Shown: in pieces, positions 9,400 to 19,225 of the stretch
Numbering within the stretch: position 1 is the stretch's first letter
Layout of the letters: every line of letters begins with the position of its first letter
Assembly (NCBI GenBank): GCA_015163875.1
Contig: JAAOIH010000002.1
Coordinates: forward strand, 17,574-81,573
Source: Bdellovibrionales bacterium
Lineage (GTDB): Bacteria; Bdellovibrionota; Bdellovibrionia; Bdellovibrionales; UBA1609
Direction: 5' to 3'
Length of the DNA: 64,000 nt
Notes under the pieces: model-generated
Told to the model about the DNA's origin: nothing
What the model saw: only the letters and a program-made list of their open reading frames with translations
The model's database searches: none
Translations under genes and position numbers: made by a program

Positions 9400-10140
9400 T
9401 TGTTTATTTTTAGATTATTTTTTTTATTATTTTTTTTAAATTTTTTTCAAAGCCCATTAGTTTTTGCAAAAGATTTTTCTGTACCAAAACTAACTTCATC
9501 TGTTGTAGATAATGCTAATTTTTTGTCACAAACAACCAGCGATAGATTGCAAACAGTTTTTTCTTATTTATCACAAAAAGGCATAGCACAAATTGCATTT
9601 TTAAGTGTTAAAAGTTTACAAGAAGAAAGCATAGAAGGTGCAAGTATTAGAGTTGTAGAAAAATGGAAACTTGGCGACAAAGAAAAAGACAATGGAATTT
9701 TATTATTTTTTGCTAAAAAAGAGAGAAAAGTTCGTATCGAAGTAGGGCAAGGATTAGAGGGGTCATTAACAGACGCTAAATCTTCTAAAATAATTCGACA
9801 AGTTATTGTTCCGTTAATGAAACAAGGAAGCCCTGATAAGGCAATTTTGTATGGAGCATATTCTATTGTAGAAAGCATTAGCAACAAAACTACTGCCCAG
9901 CAATTATTTGGAAATTCTTTTGTTCCATATAAAAAAAAGAAAAAAAAGAAATCTTCTTTTATGTTTATTGTTTTTTTATTATTTTTTTTAATGGGAGGTA
10001 GGGGAGGCTTTTTTTCACTGTTTTTAGCATCTCAATTAGGCGGTCGCAGCTCTGGTTTTGGCGGAGGTGGTTTTGGCGGCGGAGGTTTTGGTGGAGGCGG
10101 GGGTGGCTTTAGCGGCGGAGGGGCATCTGGCTCTTGGTGA
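9400..10140 (+). CDS. TPM (YgcG-like) domain protein with Gly-rich tail
   Basis: VVDNANFL, WKLG..KDNGILL, RIEVGQGLEG, terminal FSGGGASGSW; standard lemA-TPM-TPM operon; TTG start. Confidence 0.9.
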   Translation: MFIFRLFFLLFFLNFFQSPLVFAKDFSVPKLTSSVVDNANFLSQTTSDRLQTVFSYLSQKGIAQIAFLSVKSLQEESIEGASIRVVEKWKLGDKEKDNGILLFFAKKERKVRIEVGQGLEGSLTDAKSSKIIRQVIVPLMKQGSPDKAILYGAYSIVESISNKTTAQQLFGNSFVPYKKKKKKKSSFMFIVFLLFFLMGGRGGFFSLFLASQLGGRSSGFGGGGFGGGGFGGGGGGFSGGGASGSW

Positions 10141-10184
10141 TTAAAGTTTTTAAGTTTTAAAAATTAATATAAGGATTTTTTAGT

Positions 10185-10835
10185 ATGACAGATTTACAAA
10201 ATGTTAAATGGATTAAAAATTATTTATCTAAAAAAGATTTTGATAAAATAGAAGAGTCAGTAAAACAAGCAGAGCTTTTAACATCTGGTGAAATTGTACC
10301 AATGATAGTAAAAAGCAGCTCTACAGTTGGGCATGTGCCAATTATTTTATTTATATTATCTTTATTGATAGTAACATTAGGCAAAATTTATTTTGAATTA
10401 TATTTTTCTACATATTGGATTTTTGTCTCGGTAGTATTTGTTTTACTTTTTACTAAAGTTTTATCATCATTTAATTTTGTATTAAGATTTTTTACAACAA
10501 AACAAGATCAATCAAGCCAAGTTTTATTGCGAGCTCAATTAGAATTAGAAACCTCCAATATAAAAAATACAAAAGATAACACCGGTGTTTTAATTTTTGT
10601 TTCGTTACTCGAAAAACAAGTTTGTGTGTTAGCCGACAAAGCAATAAGCCGACATTTTAAAAACGAAGATTGGAAGGTAGTGGTAAACTTAATTTTAAAA
10701 GGTTTAAAAAATAAAAACATGGCACAGGGTTTTGAAGATGGAATTTTAAAATGTGGAGATTTATTAAAAGAAAAATTTCCTATACAAAAAGACGACACCA
10801 ACGAATTAGAAAATCATTTAATTATAAAGGAATAA
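10185..10835 (+). CDS. TPM domain membrane protein
   Basis: AELLTSGEIVP, TKDNTGVLIFVS, DDTNEL motifs; operon context. Confidence 0.88.
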   Translation: MTDLQNVKWIKNYLSKKDFDKIEESVKQAELLTSGEIVPMIVKSSSTVGHVPIILFILSLLIVTLGKIYFELYFSTYWIFVSVVFVLLFTKVLSSFNFVLRFFTTKQDQSSQVLLRAQLELETSNIKNTKDNTGVLIFVSLLEKQVCVLADKAISRHFKNEDWKVVVNLILKGLKNKNMAQGFEDGILKCGDLLKEKFPIQKDDTNELENHLIIKE

Positions 10836-10836
10836 A

Positions 10837-12039
10837 ATGGAAATACCTAATGTCCAAAATTTATTAAAAGTTTACGAGCTATCTTATTTTGATTTTATTA
10901 TTACTTTAATAGTAAGTATATTTTCTGGAGTTGGGTCTAAACTTGTTTTAAAGGGTTTTTTTAAATTTTTAAAAAAATTAAAATATTCAGTAGATCAAGA
11001 CTTAATAGACCAAGTTTATAAACCACTATCTTGGTTATTATTTTCTGCAGTGTGGATATTTTCTTTAGAGTTTTTAAATTTAGCATCTTCTTTGTTAATT
11101 TTATTTAAATTAGGATTTAAATTATTATTTAGCATTACAGCAATTTGGTTTTTGTATTCTTTTTCTTATATTTTATCAGAAGTGTTAAATTTGTGGGCCT
11201 CTAAAACAGATAATAATGTAGACGACGAGTTAGTTCCTTTATTTTCTAAGTTACTAAGATTTTCTATTGTTCTTTTAGGAAGTTTAATGGCTTTGCAAAA
11301 TGTTGGAGTAAATGTGATGTCGGTAATGGCAGGATTAGGGTTGGGGGGGTTAGCATTAGCTTTAGCAGCCAAAGATACAGCCGCAAATTTATTTGGATCT
11401 ATTATGATATTACTAGACAGGCCTTTTAAAGTTGGCGACTGGATTGTTGTAGATGATTTAGAGGGGACTGTTGAGGCAATTGGATTTCGCTCTACAAGAT
11501 TAAAAACTTTTTATCAATCTAGTATTATTGTTCCAAATTCTTTTTTAGCTAATGCAAGTATTAATAATATGCAAGAAAGAAGCAGCAGGAGATTAAAATT
11601 TCATTTAGGAGTTTCTTACTCTACCACTCCCGATCAAATAGAAGCATTTATGCAAGGAATAAAAAATATTATTTTAGCTCACCAAACTACAGACAAAGAA
11701 CTTTATTATGTAGCCTTTGATGAATTTGGTGATTTTAGTTTAAATATTTTAGTACAATGTTTTTTTCAAGTACCAGACAGAAAGCAAGAGCTAAAAGCTC
11801 GTCGTATTTTATGTATGGAAATGCTAAGACTTGCACATAAATTAAAAGTTGAATTTGCATTTCCTACTCAAAGTTTATATGTAGAAAGCTTTCCTGGAAA
11901 AAACAACAACACAGATAATAAAGACAGTAATCAAAATAACAAAATCTTAAGCCGCGAAGAAATGCTTAAAGAATTAAATTCATTTGCAAAAGGCGGATCA
12001 GAATCTAAGCCACAAGGATTAGGGCTTTATCAAGATTAA
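10837..12039 (+). CDS. MscS-family mechanosensitive channel
   Basis: GLGLGGLALALAAKDTAANLFGS, DRPFKVGDWI, GTVEAIGFRST, EFAFPTQ. Confidence 0.93.
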   Translation: MEIPNVQNLLKVYELSYFDFIITLIVSIFSGVGSKLVLKGFFKFLKKLKYSVDQDLIDQVYKPLSWLLFSAVWIFSLEFLNLASSLLILFKLGFKLLFSITAIWFLYSFSYILSEVLNLWASKTDNNVDDELVPLFSKLLRFSIVLLGSLMALQNVGVNVMSVMAGLGLGGLALALAAKDTAANLFGSIMILLDRPFKVGDWIVVDDLEGTVEAIGFRSTRLKTFYQSSIIVPNSFLANASINNMQERSSRRLKFHLGVSYSTTPDQIEAFMQGIKNIILAHQTTDKELYYVAFDEFGDFSLNILVQCFFQVPDRKQELKARRILCMEMLRLAHKLKVEFAFPTQSLYVESFPGKNNNTDNKDSNQNNKILSREEMLKELNSFAKGGSESKPQGLGLYQD

Positions 12040-12226
12040 AATATTAATGTAACATATTAGTATTTGTTATTAAAATTGCTGCAGAGCCATTAAAGGCATT
12101 TTTAGTCAGTGTAAAAAATACAATCAATCAAGCTTTCTCATTTTAATACATTTTTTTGTTTATAGTTGTCTTTATAGGTTTTAAAAGGCTTTGAGCGATT
12201 ATTTATCTTTATTTTAAAAATAACTT

Positions 12227-12242
12227 TGGCACAAAATCTGCT
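12227..12242 (+). promoter_or_regulatory. Sigma-54 (-24/-12) promoter candidate for the S41 protease gene
   Basis: TGGCAC-AAAAT-CTGCT has exact GG-N10-GC spacing, 41 bp upstream of the ATG at 12284. Confidence 0.6.
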
Positions 12243-12283
12243 TTAATTCTTATATATATAAAATAATAAAAAAAGGTCTGTTT

Positions 12284-14683
12284 ATGCGCAAGTTATCTGT
12301 TTTAAAGTTAAAAAATTTTCTTAAACTATTTTCGTTTTTAATTTTTATCATATCTGCAAGTTGTTCAAAAAGTAATAATAAAAACAAACAAATAAACGAC
12401 TCAATTAACTTATCTTCTTTTTCATCAAAAAGTGAAATTACTTGTAAAGATGTTTCTAAAAGGTATCAATTTATACTAAGTGATAAATCACCATATATTG
12501 GAAGGGCTACAGAGTATAAAGACTTTTTTTCTGCCGAGGTATTAGACAAGGCAATTGTAAAAGCTATTTTTAAAGCATTTGACACAGACAAAGTTTTTTT
12601 TACACAAAGTGAAATAAAAAACTTAAGCCTAAATCGCCATGACAATATTATCGAAAGTTTATTAATTAATGATTGTACATGGTACGATTCTTTTTTTAAA
12701 TTATATTCAAAAAAAGTTAAAAGTATGCGCCAATGGTTTGATAAAAAAGTTTTATCAGGAGATCTAAACTCTGCGCTAAATAATTTTTTTAAAAAAACAA
12801 ATGATAGTAACATAAAAGATTTAGAAAAAAAATTAAATAAAAAATTTGAAGACATAACTTTTGACGAGGCAATTGCAAATTCACTTTTATCTAAGCAAGA
12901 TTTAAAAAATATTAAAAATTCTAATCAATTTGAAGTATTTAAAGCTATTAGGTTTCAATATAATAATACAAAAGATTTTTTTACTAAATACCCTTATAAA
13001 GAATACACTAAAGATGTAATATTAAAAAATGCAATTTTGAGCACAAAAAAGTATGCCTTATCTTATATAGATGATAAATACCACTCCTACCTTAGTGTGA
13101 TTGTTCAATCTTTAGATGCTCACAGTAATTATACAAAATTAACAAAAGACTCAAAAAAGAATTCTATAGACAGGAATGGGCACGCAGGACTGGGAATTTT
13201 ATTAAGATGTTTTAAAAATTCTTGCATTGTAATTGAATCTTTAAAAAAGGGACCATCTTCTGGAATTTTAAAAAACGGAGATTTAATATTAGCGGCAAAC
13301 TCTGCAGAAAAAAAAGACATGTCCTCTAATGAGTTTATTTCAAATTATTTAAAAGGAGACAGTGACAGCATAGTTAATTTAAAAGTTAAAAGACTTGTTG
13401 ATAATAAAGAAAAAATTATTTCACTTTCTGTTAAAAGAGGATTAGTGCAATCAGACAGGTTTGATTACAAATTATTAGATAACAAAGTTGCATATATAAA
13501 ATTAAAAAGTTTTTACGAATCTTCAAATGGATTTAATTCTTCTTCAACAGATTTTATTTTTGCATTGTCAGATTTAGATAAAAAAGCAGATTCTTTAATT
13601 ATTGATTTGCAAGATAATGGAGGGGGTAGTGTTGCACAAGTAGTTAATATATTAACTTCATTACTTGCAACATCTGAACTAGCCACCGTTGATATGATTG
13701 AGGAAAGATGGACTTGCGGAGAAGAAGAAAACTATACAGAAAACTATACAGAAAACGATACAGAAAACGATACTTCAAATATTTTAATTGAAAGACTTTA
13801 CACGGGGGAAGAAGTATACAAAATTAAAGGAGAAAAACCTTTATACAGAATGCCAGTAATCACTTATTTTACTGCATATCCAGAAGACCAAACAACATTT
13901 TCTTTTTATTGCAACAGAAAACCTTATTTTTTACACAAACCTATAATAGTATTAATTAATAAAAACTCTGCAAGCGCTTCAGAAATATTGTCTTTAGGTT
14001 TACAAGAGGCAGGAATTGCACTTGTCGCAGGTAGTAAAAATAGCTTTGGAAAAGGAAGCGGACAGAGTATATTTAATAGCGACTCATTAAGAATAACTAG
14101 TTTTTTATGGGGGTCATTTCTTGGAAAATCTATTCAATTTACGGGTGTACAATCAGATATATTAGTAGATTTTTCTAATAAAGACAAAATCTTGCTTAAA
14201 GGTGATAAAGCAGAAAAAGAACTTCACAGAGCCTTGCCAGTTCTTGGTAATTTTAAATTACCATGGAAAAACAACACTTATGGAAAGATTGTTTTAGAAT
14301 ATTATAATCAAATCAAACAATTAATAAAACAAAAATTATCAATTCCATTAAGTAGTCTAAGTATAAAAAGACAGTTAAAAGAAATTAAAAAACAAAGTAC
14401 ACAAAACAGTAAAAAAAGAAGCGATGACGAACAAAAAAAATATGAAAATAATTTAGTTATAAAAGAGGCTATAAATATTTTAGAAGATTGGAAAGCTGTT
14501 TTGCAAAATATAGTAACTGATGAATACAAAGATCAATTTCAAGAAAATGTTGATAAAGAAAATAAAAATTTAAATAAATTTGACAAAAATTTTAATAAAA
14601 TTGATAAAAGTAAAAATAAATTTGATCACTACAAAGATGAAGATGATTACTACAAAGATGAAGATAATTATTATCAAGATTAA
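12284..14683 (+). CDS. S41 family C-terminal processing (Prc/CtpA-like) protease, probable lipoprotein
   Basis: LDAHSNY, PDZ-like GLGILL...KNGDLILA, IIDLQDNGGG, catalytic SASASEI and SFGKG motifs; N-terminal SASC lipobox-like. Confidence 0.88.
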   Translation: MRKLSVLKLKNFLKLFSFLIFIISASCSKSNNKNKQINDSINLSSFSSKSEITCKDVSKRYQFILSDKSPYIGRATEYKDFFSAEVLDKAIVKAIFKAFDTDKVFFTQSEIKNLSLNRHDNIIESLLINDCTWYDSFFKLYSKKVKSMRQWFDKKVLSGDLNSALNNFFKKTNDSNIKDLEKKLNKKFEDITFDEAIANSLLSKQDLKNIKNSNQFEVFKAIRFQYNNTKDFFTKYPYKEYTKDVILKNAILSTKKYALSYIDDKYHSYLSVIVQSLDAHSNYTKLTKDSKKNSIDRNGHAGLGILLRCFKNSCIVIESLKKGPSSGILKNGDLILAANSAEKKDMSSNEFISNYLKGDSDSIVNLKVKRLVDNKEKIISLSVKRGLVQSDRFDYKLLDNKVAYIKLKSFYESSNGFNSSSTDFIFALSDLDKKADSLIIDLQDNGGGSVAQVVNILTSLLATSELATVDMIEERWTCGEEENYTENYTENDTENDTSNILIERLYTGEEVYKIKGEKPLYRMPVITYFTAYPEDQTTFSFYCNRKPYFLHKPIIVLINKNSASASEILSLGLQEAGIALVAGSKNSFGKGSGQSIFNSDSLRITSFLWGSFLGKSIQFTGVQSDILVDFSNKDKILLKGDKAEKELHRALPVLGNFKLPWKNNTYGKIVLEYYNQIKQLIKQKLSIPLSSLSIKRQLKEIKKQSTQNSKKRSDDEQKKYENNLVIKEAINILEDWKAVLQNIVTDEYKDQFQENVDKENKNLNKFDKNFNKIDKSKNKFDHYKDEDDYYKDEDNYYQD

Positions 14684-14692
14684 ATCTAATAA

Positions 14693-15796
14693 CTAGACAT
14701 TAAATCTAAAAAATAAAACATCTCCGTCTTTAACTTCATAAGACTTTCCCTCAAGGCGGGACTTTCCTGCCTCTTTTACAGCTTGTTCACTTTTGTATTT
14801 AAATAAATCCTCGCAGTGATAAGTTTCGGCCCTTATAAAACCTTTTTCAAAATCTGTATGAATAACCCCCGCTGCTTGCGGAGCAGTGTAGCCTTGTTTT
14901 ATTGTCCAAGCTCTTACTTCTTTTTTTCCAGCAGTAAAATAAGTAATTAACCCAAGCATGCTGTAAGCTTTTTGAATTAATAAATCTAATCCTGATTTTT
15001 TTAACCCCAAGTCTTTTAAAAATTCTTCTCTTTCATCTGACTCTAGTTGAATAATTTCTGATTCTAAAGAGCTGCATAAAGCTAAAATCTCTGCCCCTTC
15101 TTTAGTTGCAATTTTTTGCACCTCTATTACAAATTTATTTTTTTCGCTATCAGTAATATCTGACTCTGCAATATTGCAAACATATAAAATAGGTTTAAAG
15201 CTAATTAAATTCCAAAGTTGTATAGTTTTTGTTTCATCAACATCCCACTCCCCAGATCTTACAGGCTCTCCTTTTTCTAAAAAGTTTAAAACTTTTTTCA
15301 TAAGCTCTACTTCTTTTTTTAATAAAACATCATTGCTGGATTTAGCTTTTTTTTCACTTTTTTGTAATCGCTTTTCCATAGAATCTAAATCAGCAAGTAG
15401 TAATTCTGTATTAATTGTTTCAATGTCTCTGGTTGGGTTTATGTTACCCTCTACATGCACAATATTTTCGTCTTCAAAACATCTAACAACATGTATTATG
15501 GCATTTGTTTCTCTAATATGAGATAAAAATTGATTTCCCAAGCCCTCTCCCTTACTAGCGCCAGCAACAAGACCTGCAATATCTACAAACTGCGTGCTAG
15601 TTGGTATACTTTTTTCAGGATCTACAAAACCAATAATTTTTTCTAATCTTTCATCAGGCAAATGGACAATTCCAACATTAGGGTCGATGGTACAAAAAGG
15701 ATAATTAGAGGCCTCGGCACTACCTTTAGTTAAAGCATTAAATAAAGTACTTTTTCCAACATTTGGAAGCCCAACAAGTCCACATTGTAAATTCAT
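14693..15796 (-). CDS. ychF: Redox-regulated ATPase YchF
   Basis: GLVGLPNVGKST, NYPFCTIDPN, DIAGLV, TGS-domain C-terminus. Confidence 0.97.
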   Translation of the reverse strand: MNLQCGLVGLPNVGKSTLFNALTKGSAEASNYPFCTIDPNVGIVHLPDERLEKIIGFVDPEKSIPTSTQFVDIAGLVAGASKGEGLGNQFLSHIRETNAIIHVVRCFEDENIVHVEGNINPTRDIETINTELLLADLDSMEKRLQKSEKKAKSSNDVLLKKEVELMKKVLNFLEKGEPVRSGEWDVDETKTIQLWNLISFKPILYVCNIAESDITDSEKNKFVIEVQKIATKEGAEILALCSSLESEIIQLESDEREEFLKDLGLKKSGLDLLIQKAYSMLGLITYFTAGKKEVRAWTIKQGYTAPQAAGVIHTDFEKGFIRAETYHCEDLFKYKSEQAVKEAGKSRLEGKSYEVKDGDVLFFRFNV

Positions 15797-15809
15797 AACT
15801 ATCCTTTTT

Positions 15810-15887
15810 AATTAATTAACTCAAATTAATTAACTCAAATTAATTAACCCAAATTAATTAACTATAAATTAATTAACTCAAATTAAC
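15810..15887. repeat. 14-bp tandem repeat (AATTAATTAACTCA, about 5.5 copies) filling the pth-ychF spacer
   Basis: Read directly; the unit contains the last codons and stop codon of pth. Confidence 0.9.
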
Positions 15888-16460
15888 ACTGCCGTTGTTA
15901 AATTTATTAGCAGTTTTACTAAATCCATCTTTTATAAAATTTACCAAGCTTTTGTTAATTAACTTTAAAAAATTTTCTAAATCTGGAAGCTCTTTTTTAG
16001 AAAATTTTTCTAATACAAAATTACTTATCTCTACATTAGGATTTTCTGGCCTACCTATTCCTAATTTAAGTCTGGAGTAATTAGATGTATTTAGCTCTTC
16101 GTGAATATTTTTAATTCCATTATGCCCTGCGTGTCCGCGATCTTTTTGATACTTAAAAGATAATAAATTTAAATCCAAGTCGTCTTGAATAATTAAAATA
16201 TTTTCTATATCTATTTTGTAATAATTTATTAAAGCCTTAATACTTTCGCCAGAAAGATTCATATAAGTTTGTGGTTTTGCAAAAATGATACTTTTGTTAT
16301 TTAAATTAGTTTTAAGTATGTGCGCTTTACATTTATTTTGAAATTTCAAAGGCATCTTTAAATTATCTTCTATAAAATAATCTATAGCAGTAAAGCCAAG
16401 GTTGTGACGGGTTAAATTGTATTCTGTAGAGGGGTTACCTAATCCTGCAATTAAAAGCAT
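15873..16460 (-). CDS. pth: Peptidyl-tRNA hydrolase
   Basis: GLGNP..Y..TRHNLG, KPQTYMNLSG, DDLDL, GHNG. Confidence 0.97.
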   Translation of the reverse strand: MLLIAGLGNPSTEYNLTRHNLGFTAIDYFIEDNLKMPLKFQNKCKAHILKTNLNNKSIIFAKPQTYMNLSGESIKALINYYKIDIENILIIQDDLDLNLLSFKYQKDRGHAGHNGIKNIHEELNTSNYSRLKLGIGRPENPNVEISNFVLEKFSKKELPDLENFLKLINKSLVNFIKDGFSKTANKFNNGSVNLS

Positions 16461-16484
16461 AATAGTTTAGGTAATTTTAAAAAA

Positions 16485-17273
16485 TTAAGATTTTTTTCCT
16501 TCAGTAGAGCCATCTTTTTTTGCATCAGCAGATTTATCACCAGAAGATTTTGCATCAGCAGATTTATCGCCAGAAGATTTTGCATCAGCAGATTTTGCAT
16601 CATCAGGTTTGTCGCCAGAAGTTTTTGCATCAGCAGAAGCTGGGGTATCTGCAGGACTAACTGCCTCAACAACTTCTTCTACCTCTTCTTTTTTCTCAGA
16701 AACACTTGCTAAAGTTGTAGAAAGCTCTGTTAAAATTTTAACATCTGTTAAATTTAATTGTTTAGCTAGTTGCTCAACTGTAAAAGAGTCACCAGCTTTT
16801 AAGTCAGCTAAATTAATTACAGCAGATTCTGGAATACTAGTAGGTGAGCATTCTATGCTAATATTTTTTTGAGCTATATTAGCTTCTAAGTTATTTTTTT
16901 GTAGCTCGTCTATGCCTTCAAAATTTAAATCTAAATCAACAACAATATTTTCTTTCATATTAAGAGCATAAAAATCCATGTGAACAGGCTCTCTTTTTAC
17001 TGGATGAATATTTGTGCTTTTGCATAATACTTTTAAGTCATTTAATTTTTTGTCTTCTGATTCTAATTGAAAAATTTCGTTATTGTATTTAGATGCAGAA
17101 TATTTAATAGAATCTTGTATGCTAATACAAAAAATTTGATTTTCAGTTTTTGGCCCATAAACTACTGCAGGAACTTTTTTGCCAATACGAATAGCTTTTG
17201 AATTTTGCCTTCCTGATTCCCTAGAAAATGTTGTGATTTTAATAAAACTACTCATAAATTGCTCCTCATACAA
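16485..17273 (-). CDS. rplY: 50S ribosomal protein L25/Ctc with repetitive C-terminal tail
   Basis: R..G.VPAVVYG, HPV..EPVHMDF, located in the prs-rplY-pth cluster; true start may be the ATG a few codons in. Confidence 0.9.
   Translation of the reverse strand: MYEEQFMSSFIKITTFSRESGRQNSKAIRIGKKVPAVVYGPKTENQIFCISIQDSIKYSASKYNNEIFQLESEDKKLNDLKVLCKSTNIHPVKREPVHMDFYALNMKENIVVDLDLNFEGIDELQKNNLEANIAQKNISIECSPTSIPESAVINLADLKAGDSFTVEQLAKQLNLTDVKILTELSTTLASVSEKKEEVEEVVEAVSPADTPASADAKTSGDKPDDAKSADAKSSGDKSADAKSSGDKSADAKKDGSTEGKKS
16513..16636. repeat. 30-bp in-frame repeats encoding (KSADAKSSGD)n in the L25 tail
   Basis: TTTTGCATCAGCAGATTTATCGCCAGAAGA-type units read directly. Confidence 0.85.
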
Positions 17274-17336
17274 TAACCTAATAAATAACGCAGTATTTTT
17301 TTACTATTTTTAGTCTAAAGAGTCAATATTGCAGCC

Positions 17337-18287
17337 CTATTGAAACAACGAGCTAACTGATTGGTTATTTTGAATATTGTAAATCGCCTGAGACACAAGC
17401 TTACTAACAGATAAAACATGAATTTTTTTAGAAGATTTTTTTAAAGGTATTGTGTCTGTAACAAAAACCTTAGCTAGGCAGCTATTTTCAATACGCTCTA
17501 TAGCAGGATCAGATAAAATAGGATGAGTCGCCATTGCATAAACTGCCTTTGCTTTGTTTTTTAATAAAACCTCGGCAGCCTGAGTTAAAGTGCCAGCAGT
17601 GTCAATCATGTCATCAATAATTATAGCAACCTTTCCCTCTACATCTCCAATTACCTGTAAAGCTTTTGCCTTGTTAGGATTAATTCTTTGCTTGTCTATA
17701 ATTCCAATATTACATTTTAATTTACTAGCAAATGCCCTTGCTCTTTCTACCCCTCCAGCATCGGGGCTAATTACCACGCAATCTTCGCCCTGTAGCTTTT
17801 CTTTTTCAAGCCACTCTTTAGCAAGAACTGGAACTGCAAATAAATTATCAACTGGTATATTAAAAAATCCTTGAATTTGTGTTGAATGTAAATCAACAGA
17901 TAATAACCTATTTGCACCAGAAGTTTCACAAAGTTGCGCAACAGCTTTGGCAGAAATTGGAGCCCTTGGACTAACTTTTCTATCTTGTCTTGCGTATCCG
18001 TAGTAAGGCATAACAACAGTAATTTCTGAAACAGAGGCCCTTCTTAATGCATCAAGTGTTAAAAATAATTCCATATAATGTTCATTGGAGGGGGGGCATG
18101 TACTTTGTATTACAAAACAATGACAACCTCTAACAGTTTCATTAATTTCAATTTGAATTTCTCCATCTGCAAAACGAGAAATAGAGCAATCAGCAAGCTT
18201 GCTATCAAGATGCTCTGCAACTTTTTTTGCAAATGCTGGGTTAGAGTTTCCAGAAAAAAGTTTAAATTTTGTAGAATTTGTTTTCAT
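17337..18287 (-). CDS. prs: Ribose-phosphate pyrophosphokinase
   Basis: FADGEIQI, PYYGYARQDRK, VISPDAGGVERA, IIDDMIDTAGT. Confidence 0.97.
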   Translation of the reverse strand: MKTNSTKFKLFSGNSNPAFAKKVAEHLDSKLADCSISRFADGEIQIEINETVRGCHCFVIQSTCPPSNEHYMELFLTLDALRRASVSEITVVMPYYGYARQDRKVSPRAPISAKAVAQLCETSGANRLLSVDLHSTQIQGFFNIPVDNLFAVPVLAKEWLEKEKLQGEDCVVISPDAGGVERARAFASKLKCNIGIIDKQRINPNKAKALQVIGDVEGKVAIIIDDMIDTAGTLTQAAEVLLKNKAKAVYAMATHPILSDPAIERIENSCLAKVFVTDTIPLKKSSKKIHVLSVSKLVSQAIYNIQNNQSVSSLFQ

Positions 18288-18400
18288 ATGTAATTTTCTT
18301 TATGTAAATTTTCTTTATGTAAATTTTCTTTATGTTAAATTTCTTTATGTAAATTTCTTTATGTAAATTTCTTTATGTAAATTTCTTTATGTTAAATTTT
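18288..18400. repeat. 14-15-bp tandem repeat (ATGTAAATTTCTTT, about 8 copies) filling the rph-prs spacer
   Basis: Read directly; the last unit abuts the prs start codon. Confidence 0.92.
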
Positions 18401-18403
18401 ATA

Positions 18404-19135
18404 TTAAGCTTTATCCAAAGGAAAAAAATCACCAATAATAGATTTTTGTTTTTCAAATAATTCCATACTTGTTGATTGAGCTAATTCTGACATTTTTTGT
18501 AATTGCTCAAAACTAAAATCTTTTTTTTCTGCAGTCCCTTGTATTTCAATAAACGCATTGCGATTGTTCATAACAAAATTCATATCAACAGCAATTCGCG
18601 AATCTTCTTGATAGTCTAAATCTAATAAAATATCCTCTTTATCAATTCCTATACTAACTGCTGCAATATAAAAATTTAAAGGTATGTGACTTATTTCACC
18701 TTTTTGGTGAATAAAATTTAAAGCTAACGCAAGTGCAACAAATCCTCCAGTGATAGCAGCTGTTCTTGTTCCTCCATCAGCTTGCAAAACATCGCAGTCT
18801 ACAAAAATTTGTTTTCCAGGAATTGCCTTTAAATCAATGCAAGATCTAAGACTTCTTGCAATAAGGCGTGAAATTTCTTGAGACCTTGCACCAGATAAAG
18901 CTTTTTCTCTTTTTATTCTTGTATGAGTTGCCCTTGGAAGCATAGAATATTCAGCCGTTAGCCAGCCCTGATTTTTGCTATCCAACCATTTGGGGGTATT
19001 TTTTTCAACAGTAGCTGTACATAAAACCTTTGTTCCCCCAATAGTAATAAGCGCGCTACCCTCGGCATAAGAATTAGGATCTGTTGTAATAGACAGTGGT
19101 CGCAACTGATTTAAAGCTCTTTGACTAGTTCTCAT
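18404..19135 (-). CDS. rph: Ribonuclease PH
   Basis: AEGSALI, GWLTAEYSMLPRAT, EISRLIARSLR, DCDVLQADGGTRTAAITG. Confidence 0.97.
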   Translation of the reverse strand: MRTSQRALNQLRPLSITTDPNSYAEGSALITIGGTKVLCTATVEKNTPKWLDSKNQGWLTAEYSMLPRATHTRIKREKALSGARSQEISRLIARSLRSCIDLKAIPGKQIFVDCDVLQADGGTRTAAITGGFVALALALNFIHQKGEISHIPLNFYIAAVSIGIDKEDILLDLDYQEDSRIAVDMNFVMNNRNAFIEIQGTAEKKDFSFEQLQKMSELAQSTSMELFEKQKSIIGDFFPLDKA

Positions 19136-19225
19136 AATGAGATTACCTTAGCCAGACTCTGTGTTTTTGTAAACCAGTTTATATAAATTACACAAAATAT
19201 TTTACAAAATAAAAGGAATTAAACT

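Noticed and set aside
16451-16672. Alternative-frame ORF overlapping the rplY tail, and the many other short overlapping or antisense ORFs in the track (e.g. 88-393, 688-1023, 29854-30315, 30601-31014, 63467-63709)
   Set aside because: They overlap well-supported genes, have no recognisable motifs, and are expected by chance or from repeats.
18288-18403. tRNA-Gln often found upstream of prs
   Set aside because: The spacer is entirely an AT-rich tandem repeat, and I found no cloverleaf or T-loop motif in any intergenic region.
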